Shown here: in pieces, positions 10,038 through 17,557 of the stretch
How positions within the stretch are numbered: position 1 is the stretch's first letter
Layout: each line of letters starts with the position of its first letter
NCBI GenBank assembly: GCA_965116875.1
Contig: OZ220733.1
Location: forward strand, 416,001-480,000
DNA: 64,000 nucleotides
Direction of reading: 5' to 3'
From: Candidatus Latescibacterota bacterium
Lineage (GTDB): Bacteria > Latescibacterota > UBA2968 > GCA-2709665
Notes under the pieces: model-generated
What the model saw: the letters and a program-made list of their open reading frames with translations, nothing else
Database searches by the model: none
Told to the model about the DNA's origin: nothing
Position numbers and translations under genes: made by a program

Positions 10038-10309
10038 GTCTTTACCGACCGATAGCGTGGTCCAAAGCGGCGGGTATAGCGGGAACCGACTCGCATCATC
10101 CACATTTGCGCATCAGGCCTGCGGGACAGAAGACGATCTGACGCTCCAAGTTCATCCGCGTCGACTTCATAATCACCAGTTTCGATATCGATGACGACAA
10201 ACTTCCCTTCGTTTTCTGGCTCAATGAGGAGGCGTATGTCTCGCTCGTAAATCTCATCGCCTCGCCGGGCGAACTCTTCTTTGCTGTATCGCGGGCGTGA
10301 TACTGGCAT
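10034..10309 (-). CDS. Small hypothetical protein (DUF5678-like), partner of the aspartic protease
   Basis: 91 aa, GGAGGAGG RBS, GKFVVIDIETGDYEVD motif, translationally coupled to the protease. Confidence 0.7.
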   Translation of the reverse strand: MPVSRPRYSKEEFARRGDEIYERDIRLLIEPENEGKFVVIDIETGDYEVDADELGASDRLLSRRPDAQMWMMRVGSRYTRRFGPRYRSVKT

Positions 10310-10376
10310 TGACCTCCTCCCGTTCTGTGGTTTCATCGTTTTTCACAGCAATGTGAACACAGACATCTACCTGAGA

Positions 10377-10405
10377 AATATACAACTTGAATATTGTCAT
10401 GTCCA
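10377..10405 (-). promoter_or_regulatory. Putative sigma70 promoter for the small protein/protease pair
   Basis: TGGACA-N17-TATATT in an AT-rich intergenic patch. Confidence 0.5.
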
Positions 10406-10501
10406 CATTCAATATTTCCTGCTTCCGGATATACCATAACGGGTGTATACAGAAAACAGACTGAGACTTTGACATGAATGCCATTTTGTCATACAATCCC
10501 A

Positions 10502-12118
10502 CTAAACGCCTGCCGCCCACGTGTTTCCGCCAGCCCGAACCTTTCCTTCCGACTTCAGAAACTCAGCGCAATGCGCGCCGCCGGCGACGCCTCCAACCAC
10601 CTCCAGTTCGTGGCCCATCTCGAGCAATCCATTCTGAATGGTTTCATCCAGCGATCGAGTTACCATGACGGGCTCTTCCATCTGAACGTGCATCCGGGGA
10701 CCCGACACGGCTTCACAGGAAGACGCGCCGAAATCCACGATTTTCTGAGCGATTCGCGCATTCACGCTCACAAGCCTGCGACCCCCCGGCAACCCCGCCG
10801 CGACGTCGCGGTCCGGGAGGCGAATCATCAGCGGCGCCGTATTGTTCAGGGGTCGTTTCCGGGGCGCCACCGAATTCCTGCGTCCGGGCCGTGGATCCAG
10901 GCGGCACATCCCGTGTCCCAGGATCAGACCCGTACCGGGCACTGTAACCAGGGACCCGAATGCGCCGCCCTGTGAAATCGTCACGGACGCCACGTTGCCT
11001 TCGGCGTCCGCGGCGGAAACGTGGAGCGTCCCGGTTGTTGAATCTCCCTCGGGCCCTGGGGACCGCCGATCCACAGATTCCGGAAACTGTCGCATCGACT
11101 CCACGCGACCTGCCGCATAGTCCTTGTTCAGAAGCCGCTGAACCGGAACGTCCACGTGATCCGGATCACCCAGGTAAAGCAGCCGGTCGCGCCACGCCAG
11201 CTTCAGCACTTCGGCCAACCGGTGCCAGTACGTAACCGAATCATCGGGCACGGGCTCGAAGCATTCCAGCATATTGAGGATCTGCAGGGCGGTCAATCCG
11301 CCGTTCGGCAATATCGCGGCATAGACGGTCGCGTCCCGGTACGTCGTCTCATACGGCGCGGTTATACGCGGCATGTAATCTGCCATATCCTCCCGGGTAA
11401 GCGCACCGCCCGTACTGCCAACGTGGTCCGCGATCTTTCGCCCGATTTCTCCATCGTAAAAGTCGCGCCACCCCGCCTCACATGCACGCGTCAACGACTT
11501 CTCCATATCCCGCCGGTGCCAGACGTCGTCCGCCTGTGGCAAACGCCCCTGCGGCATCAGGTGCTTCTCCGTTGCCGGAAACCGCCGGATCACCGGCTCG
11601 AGGTTCCGCACCGCAGCGGCCGTGGAGCCAAACGGGAATCCATTCTCCAGCAGCGTCAGAGACGGCGCCACGATATCGGACCACTTCAAGCGCCCCCAAC
11701 GCTCCCACAGCATCCCCATCCCCGCCATCATTCCCGGCGGACCGACGGCCCGGGGACCGTGCACGTTGGCGTTGTCCCTGATTGAACACAAATACTCATT
11801 CTCGTTGATCCCCTTCGGCCCATCCCGCATCGGCGCCACTTCGTACATCGTCTCGCTTGCACATGCGGGAGCAATGGCGTTGGCATCCAGAGACCATACC
11901 TTCCCGGACCGACCGTCCAGCACCAGCGCGCAAAGGACGTAGCCCATCACGCCCGTGGACTGTGGCTGCAGCATACAGCAGGCCATGCTGGCCGCGGCAG
12001 CCGCGTCCATCGCATTCCCGCCCCGGTCCAGCACGCGCACTCCCACCCGGGCCGCCTCTTCCGGCCCCGCGGCAACGACGCCGCGAGACGTGAGAACCTC
12101 TTTTCCTTCGACCATCAT
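10502..12118 (-). CDS. Gamma-glutamyltransferase-family Ntn hydrolase
   Basis: GGNAMDAA, FYDGEIG, GTLHVSAADAEGN (nucleophilic Thr), GAFGS, PRKRP, PGG, PRMH. The ORF-track N-terminus overlaps the upstream gene, so the start was moved to ATG 12118. Confidence 0.85.
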   Translation of the reverse strand: MMVEGKEVLTSRGVVAAGPEEAARVGVRVLDRGGNAMDAAAAASMACCMLQPQSTGVMGYVLCALVLDGRSGKVWSLDANAIAPACASETMYEVAPMRDGPKGINENEYLCSIRDNANVHGPRAVGPPGMMAGMGMLWERWGRLKWSDIVAPSLTLLENGFPFGSTAAAVRNLEPVIRRFPATEKHLMPQGRLPQADDVWHRRDMEKSLTRACEAGWRDFYDGEIGRKIADHVGSTGGALTREDMADYMPRITAPYETTYRDATVYAAILPNGGLTALQILNMLECFEPVPDDSVTYWHRLAEVLKLAWRDRLLYLGDPDHVDVPVQRLLNKDYAAGRVESMRQFPESVDRRSPGPEGDSTTGTLHVSAADAEGNVASVTISQGGAFGSLVTVPGTGLILGHGMCRLDPRPGRRNSVAPRKRPLNNTAPLMIRLPDRDVAAGLPGGRRLVSVNARIAQKIVDFGASSCEAVSGPRMHVQMEEPVMVTRSLDETIQNGLLEMGHELEVVGGVAGGAHCAEFLKSEGKVRAGGNTWAAGV

Positions 12119-12143
12119 GTGTCGCCCCTGCGCAACCGCCTTG

Positions 12144-13361
12144 CTACAGATTCGCGGCCACCTTGTGAATTGCCGCCGCGATGTCATCGATATCCGACTC
12201 GTCCATATGTTCATGGATGCCTCGAACCGCAACCGTCTCCAGTCCCGCGACAGCCTGAGGGGTCGTTTCCGGCCCATAATGGTACTCGCGGTCCGTCACG
12301 CCGCAGGTGAACGGACATCCGCTGCTTCCATATGTGATCTTTTCCGTCAGATATTTCCCGCGCATAAATATCGGGTCTCCGATATAGTGGGCGCCTACCG
12401 CGACGCCCTCCGCGGACACCGCCCTGCAGAACCGGTCCGGGTCGTGGCCGGTCACGTGAAATATGAAATTCCACCACGAGACCTCGCGGTCCGGTTCCGC
12501 GGGCACGGGCTCGATTCCCGGCGCATCCGCGATCAGTTCACACAGGAGCCGTCCCAGACGGATCCGGCGCTCCACAACGGCCCGCACCTTTTCCAGCTGT
12601 GCCAGGCCCACGGCCCCCTGCATCTCCGTCATACGATAGGTGGGCGCAAGGAACCCGTGGTCCCGCTCGCCCATGTACTGATAGTCCCAGCCCTTATCCG
12701 AAAACAGCTTCAGCCGGACATAGGTCTCCTCGTTATTCGTAACGGTCATCCCGCCGTCTCCGGTTGTCATATGTTTGGACTGCTGAAGGCTGAAACATCC
12801 CATATGCCCGAACGTGCCGACGTACCGATCCTTGAATCGGGTGGCATGGGCCTGGCTGCAGTCCTCGATCAGAATCAGGTTGTGGCGATCAGCAAGTTCC
12901 GCCACCGCGTCCACGTCGCACGGCCTCCCGAAGAGATGCACCAGGATGATCGCCCGCGTCCGGTCCGTAATGACGGCTTCGATGGAGGCGGGGGTCATGT
13001 TCAATGTCCCGGGATCGACGTCGGCAAAGACGGGCACCGCGTTCTGCTGCAAAATCGGCATCACACTGCCCGGATCGGTAACGGGCGCGGTGATAATCTC
13101 ATCCCCCGGCTCCGGGTTCACGGTCCCCACGGCAAGATGAATGGCCGCCGACCCGCCCGTGGAACTCTGCGCGAATCCGACTCCGTAGAAATCAGCAAAG
13201 GCCCTTTCGAATTCCTTCACGAACCGGCCGTTCTTGCCGAACAGATTCTGGCTTCGCACGGCATCGACCAACAGTTGCTCCTCCCGACATCCGAACGGCG
13301 CCCTCTCGGGAAACGGGCGGGTGCGAACCTTCGGTCCTCCATGAATTGCCAGCTTCTCCAT
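12144..13361 (-). CDS. DegT/DnrJ/EryC1/StrS family aminotransferase
   Basis: LAIHGGP N-terminus, PVFADVDP, IEDCSQAH, FSLQQSKHMTTGDGG (PLP lysine); GGAGGG RBS. Confidence 0.9.
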   Translation of the reverse strand: MEKLAIHGGPKVRTRPFPERAPFGCREEQLLVDAVRSQNLFGKNGRFVKEFERAFADFYGVGFAQSSTGGSAAIHLAVGTVNPEPGDEIITAPVTDPGSVMPILQQNAVPVFADVDPGTLNMTPASIEAVITDRTRAIILVHLFGRPCDVDAVAELADRHNLILIEDCSQAHATRFKDRYVGTFGHMGCFSLQQSKHMTTGDGGMTVTNNEETYVRLKLFSDKGWDYQYMGERDHGFLAPTYRMTEMQGAVGLAQLEKVRAVVERRIRLGRLLCELIADAPGIEPVPAEPDREVSWWNFIFHVTGHDPDRFCRAVSAEGVAVGAHYIGDPIFMRGKYLTEKITYGSSGCPFTCGVTDREYHYGPETTPQAVAGLETVAVRGIHEHMDESDIDDIAAAIHKVAANL

Positions 13362-13374
13362 CTTCCCTCCAACA

Positions 13375-13461
13375 AAAGAAGAATCCAGAAGCCGGTAATC
13401 AGAATCCGGAAGGAAAACCTGATTTTCTTCCATCATTCTGACTTTCGACCTCTGGATTTCG
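13375..13461. repeat. Heptamer-periodic imperfect inverted-repeat element
   Basis: Left arm AGAATCC AGAAGCC GGTAATC AGAATCC; right arm TTCTGAC TTTCGAC CTCTGGA. Confidence 0.55.
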
Positions 13462-13513
13462 CAATGACGCGCCGCCCGATCCGTCACCGTCCCGTCCCGA
13501 CTCCCCGCATTTG

Positions 13514-13675
13514 GAAGCTGTCTTAAAATTCCCAGCGGTCTTCGCACGGCTGCAAAAGCGCCGGTCGGCGTTGGTCAAATCCACCCGTATAGACAAATAT
13601 GGGCGGATTTTCCCGCCTTGACCGCCACTTTTTCGCTCGCGCTCGGGAACTCACCGGTAATTTTAAAACAGCTTC
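13514..13675. mobile_element. MITE-like element family A, full copy 1 (162 bp)
   Basis: Terminal inverted repeats GAAGCTGTCTTAAAA / TTTTAAAACAGCTTC; near-identical copy at 35813-35974; abuts the TAA stop of the GWxTD gene. Confidence 0.8.
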
Positions 13676-16078
13676 TTACCTCTCCAGTCTGAACAGGACC
13701 TCCTTCTCGACTGCCGCATTGCCGTTCTGATCCTCAACGCGAACCGTCAGCCGGTTCACACCGGCTTTGGCGTTCCCCAGGTCCATCTCGAAATACTCAT
13801 GCAGGTCCGTTTCCTCCCGGACCTGTTCGGTGGAAATCGAAACCTCGGGGTTGCGTTCGCCCCTGCGGAACAGACCGCCCACGCCCGCCCAGAGGCGTCC
13901 GAACGCGCCGCCCTTCTCCGGCATCGAATGGATCGTATAATGTAACGTAAACCGGCTCTGGCCGAATGTGTCCGGTTTCAGGCCGTAGGCTTCGTAATAG
14001 ACAAACGGGTGCTGTTCCATCCGATAGGTCTTGGTGGTCATTGGAATCACCCATATGTCGCCGCCCTTGGCGTATTTTTCCAGACCGCCTTCGGTTGAAA
14101 TCTGATATCCCAGTTCCAGGCCGCTCAGCTTGAGCGTATCCAGGGAATAATCCTCCACCTCCAGTCGTTCCTTGTAGATCCCCGAATGGCCGGAAACGAG
14201 GTCCTTGACCTGAACCCGCATCTCGTAGGCGCCCGGGCTCACGTCCAGCGCGAGTTGATTCGGAATAAAGGTCCCCTTCCCGGTATAAAGCTCCTTCGAC
14301 GTGCGCAGTACCAGTTCCTCGCTGTCCTGCAGCGTCTGTCCGGACTCCGCTTCATACAGCGCAACCGCACACCCCAGGCGAAACACCGGCTGTTCCTGCG
14401 ATTCGGACCCGCTCAGACTACGCGGCGGGATTCCATAATAGACCTCCACGCGCGTCTTGCCATTGGACCCTCTGAACGTCGCCCGATCGTAGTAAAAGTC
14501 GAGAAATGCCTCACGCCCGCCCGGAAGATAGTGATCGGGCATCTGCCTGATACTCCGGTTCATGACCATCGCGGGCGAGTATTTCACGATCCGGCTGGTG
14601 CGCCGCAATGCGCCTTCGTCGAACGCCGCCGCAGGCACGGGCGCAAAGTCGAACTTCCCGCCACCCCACTCGTTGGTAAACACCACCTCGATCCCCCCGG
14701 CGACACCGGTATACACCCACGACTCCCACTTGATAAAGGACATGAAGTCCCCGGCCGTCACCTGCGTGCGGTTCGGGGACAGGGTCACCTCGTAATTGTC
14801 TCCATCCAGCTCCGACATGTCAGCAGGCGCCATGGGCTCATCGGCCAGGGCGGGCGCACCCTCCTCCACTTCCAGCGGGTCGGGCGCTTCGCCCTGATCG
14901 GTACCAGGCGGCAGTTCAGCGGGGAAATCCAGACCCACCTCGTGCATCCTGCGAACCGGAAATACGGGCCCCCGGCCAACCTCCATCATGCCGTGCGGTC
15001 CGTAGATATCGTGGGCGACACGCTCCTTGATCCGTTCCACTGAAACAGGCATGCGTGGCGCCACGCTGCCGGAAGTCGACCGGTAATCCGGCGCGCCGTA
15101 ACGAATATAGACCTCGCCCCGCCGGTCCCACGGATTCGCCTGTTCGGAAAAAGCGGCTCGCGAATACCAGACGCGCCGATAATGCTCCAGCTTGCGCTCG
15201 TTCACCGAGGTCATCAGATCCGGGTCTCTCACCGACCAGAATCTTACGAGGAACTCCCGCCGCGCCGCCGGATCGTCCTCGGTCGCCCTATGGGTAAGAA
15301 GCTCCTCCCTGGATGCGATCAGACTCACGTCCTGGTACAACAGGCGTTCCTCGGGCGGCATACGCGAGAATCCCCTGCCGTAATATTGCATTGCCAGGTC
15401 CAGAGCTTTCCGGCTCGCGCAAGCCTGCGCCACAACGGGCAACAGCAGACCTTCGTCCATCGTTACTTCCAACGAGTCCAGCGCTTGAGAGGGTACGTCC
15501 TCAAAGACGCCCGTCCGGATATAGGTCGTGACTACGGCCTGGAGCACGGTCGGATCACGCGTCCGATCTACCGATAGAGAGCGCACGTAGGCATCGAGGG
15601 AGTTTTCGTAGTCCTCGATGTCGGAATACAACCGTCCCATGAGCCGATGGACCAGTTCGAATCCGGGCGAAAGCGCGGCTGCCCGTGTGGCATGGTAGAT
15701 CGTCTGTTCTGAAAACCTCCCCTTCTCTCCCTCCGCCGTGCCCGCGCGATATGACGCCAGCGCCATGCCGAAGTGTGCTGGTGCGAACTCGACGTTTTGA
15801 GACAGCGCCGACTGAAACGCTTCTCTGGCGCCCTCCAGGTCTGCCTTCAGCAACCGGGCGTATCCGATCCGGGTGTTCTGGCCCGCCGGATCCGCGATTA
15901 TCTGCGGCCAGTACGCACGCAACGCACGCTGCAGTTCCGGGTCCGGTGCGGAGTCGGCGGTCGTGTCAGACGCGGTTTGAGGCGGCGATTCTTCGGCGCC
16001 GTTTGTAGGACCTCCCGCCAGGAAAAGGGCCAATCCGGCAAGCCAGGGAACCATCGTCCGCAGTAGAATCCGGAACAT
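13676..16078 (-). CDS. Secreted TPR + GWxTD-domain protein (800 aa)
   Basis: Signal peptide, TPR, FWSVRDPDLMTSVNERKLEHYRRVW, PWDRRGEVYIRYGAPD, WESWVY; paralogue of 2075-5824. Confidence 0.8.
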   Translation of the reverse strand: MFRILLRTMVPWLAGLALFLAGGPTNGAEESPPQTASDTTADSAPDPELQRALRAYWPQIIADPAGQNTRIGYARLLKADLEGAREAFQSALSQNVEFAPAHFGMALASYRAGTAEGEKGRFSEQTIYHATRAAALSPGFELVHRLMGRLYSDIEDYENSLDAYVRSLSVDRTRDPTVLQAVVTTYIRTGVFEDVPSQALDSLEVTMDEGLLLPVVAQACASRKALDLAMQYYGRGFSRMPPEERLLYQDVSLIASREELLTHRATEDDPAARREFLVRFWSVRDPDLMTSVNERKLEHYRRVWYSRAAFSEQANPWDRRGEVYIRYGAPDYRSTSGSVAPRMPVSVERIKERVAHDIYGPHGMMEVGRGPVFPVRRMHEVGLDFPAELPPGTDQGEAPDPLEVEEGAPALADEPMAPADMSELDGDNYEVTLSPNRTQVTAGDFMSFIKWESWVYTGVAGGIEVVFTNEWGGGKFDFAPVPAAAFDEGALRRTSRIVKYSPAMVMNRSIRQMPDHYLPGGREAFLDFYYDRATFRGSNGKTRVEVYYGIPPRSLSGSESQEQPVFRLGCAVALYEAESGQTLQDSEELVLRTSKELYTGKGTFIPNQLALDVSPGAYEMRVQVKDLVSGHSGIYKERLEVEDYSLDTLKLSGLELGYQISTEGGLEKYAKGGDIWVIPMTTKTYRMEQHPFVYYEAYGLKPDTFGQSRFTLHYTIHSMPEKGGAFGRLWAGVGGLFRRGERNPEVSISTEQVREETDLHEYFEMDLGNAKAGVNRLTVRVEDQNGNAAVEKEVLFRLER

Positions 16079-16257
16079 TGTACTCTTCCTCGTTTCGGGT
16101 TTGCGCAAACGCCTCAGACCGCACCCGCATTCTCACTGGAACGGGTGCCGGCGCCTTGGTATTGCTACCTATAAATATAGGATGCCCACAGACGCAATTG
16201 GTTGCAGAAAATCAAGAGGGACGGGAGAGGGGAGAGAACCACACCCCGGCCCACCAC

Positions 16258-16415
16258 CTGGTGAGACGTAAGCCGGGAGAGGGTAGAGATCGCATGCCGT
16301 GTAAGTTTTCTTGTCATGCCGCAGGCAAGACGGAGGAACATATTGGCAAGGGCTTCTTCTACCGTCTCACCTCTACCGTCTCCCCGCTTTTTTCTACCGT
16401 CTCCCGTCTACCTGC
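16258..16415. repeat. Heptamer-periodic purine/pyrimidine inverted-repeat element
   Basis: GTGAGACG..GGGAGAGGGTAGAGA arm versus TCTACCGTCTCACCTCTACCGTCTCCCC..TCTACCGTCTCCCGTCTACC arm. Confidence 0.5.
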
Positions 16416-16427
16416 TTCTGTAAATAG

Positions 16428-16462
16428 AAAAGGAGGACGATCCGGCGGACCGCCCCCCTTTA
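16428..16462 (-). terminator. Intrinsic terminator after the PorV-like gene
   Basis: Minus strand GGGGGGCGGTCC-GCC-GGATCGTCCTCC-TTTT. Confidence 0.7.
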
Positions 16463-16483
16463 TGTTTGCCGCGCGTCAGGCCC

Positions 16484-17527
16484 CTAGAATGTCCCGCCCA
16501 CGGACAGACGCAACGGTGGATCGAAAATGCCCAGATCCGCATTGTGGTAGGAGAGGTCCACTGTGATCAGCTGACCGCCCGGCAGTTCGTGCTTCAGACC
16601 GGCGCCGACGCTCCAGCTTTCAAGTGCGGTATGCGTCCTGTAGCCGGCGCGAAGCGCGAGCGTGTTTTCCAGCCAGAGTTCCCCGCCCGCGCGGGTGATC
16701 GGCCGGAAGTCCGTCACGAACTCGTGCTCGAGGGAGAGCGTGAAGTATCCGGGATCGCCCTTCTGTCCGAATATCTCCATCGCTCCGCCGAGGGAGTATG
16801 TGGTGGGCATCGCCGCCGTGAAACCGCCTTCCGTTACCTTGACGTTCGGGCCCAGGTTCCGGAAACTCATGGCGATCCTGCTGCTCCGGTACCCCGTGTA
16901 GAAGTGGGTGCCGATGCTGTAATCCAGTGTCGAAACCTTCTCCAGGTAAAGATCTTCCTGGATCCAGCGAATTTGACCGCCCAGCATGAATTTGTCGGTC
17001 ATCTTCTTCGCGAATACCGCGCCGAGGGCGATATCGCCCACCTGCGCCATGGTCCCGGTGCCCCAGGGAGCCGTGGGTGTGGTAACCTCGAATTCTTCGG
17101 CCGCGAAACTCGTGACCGTGAACCCGATAATTCCGAATCCGGCGTTGAACGCCAGCGCCCCGGAAACCAGTGAGGAATTGGCCAGCCAGCGGGTGTAGTT
17201 CAGGGTATAGGCCACGTTTTCGACGTGCCCCAGGCCCGCGGCGTTCCAGAACGCGGACGTGATGTCGTCAGCGATGGCGGTATAAGCGCCGCCCATCGCC
17301 TCAGCGCGCGCGCCCTGGCCGATTTTCAGGAACGGAAATTCGGAAAGTCCCACACGTTCGACCCAGAGGCCCCAGGCCTTGTCTACGTTCTCCATCTTCG
17401 GATCGATCAACGCCCCGTCGCGCGACCCGGTGCCGGGCGCCGGCTGCTCAACCGCCCACGCCGGCGTCACGGACAGGAGAGCGACGGTCACGAGGGCCAA
17501 TCCCAAGATGTACCATCCTTTTTTCAT
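16484..17527 (-). CDS. PorV/PorQ-family outer-membrane beta-barrel
   Basis: FLKIGQGARAEAMGGAYTAIADDITSAFWNAAGL signature; LALRAGY; C-terminal Phe. Confidence 0.85.
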   Translation of the reverse strand: MKKGWYILGLALVTVALLSVTPAWAVEQPAPGTGSRDGALIDPKMENVDKAWGLWVERVGLSEFPFLKIGQGARAEAMGGAYTAIADDITSAFWNAAGLGHVENVAYTLNYTRWLANSSLVSGALAFNAGFGIIGFTVTSFAAEEFEVTTPTAPWGTGTMAQVGDIALGAVFAKKMTDKFMLGGQIRWIQEDLYLEKVSTLDYSIGTHFYTGYRSSRIAMSFRNLGPNVKVTEGGFTAAMPTTYSLGGAMEIFGQKGDPGYFTLSLEHEFVTDFRPITRAGGELWLENTLALRAGYRTHTALESWSVGAGLKHELPGGQLITVDLSYHNADLGIFDPPLRLSVGGTF

Positions 17528-17557
17528 AACAATTCTCCTTCAACGTCGCGAGGTTCG

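Noticed and set aside
11955-13526. 523-aa plus-strand ORF
   Set aside because: Antisense to the DegT and GGT genes.
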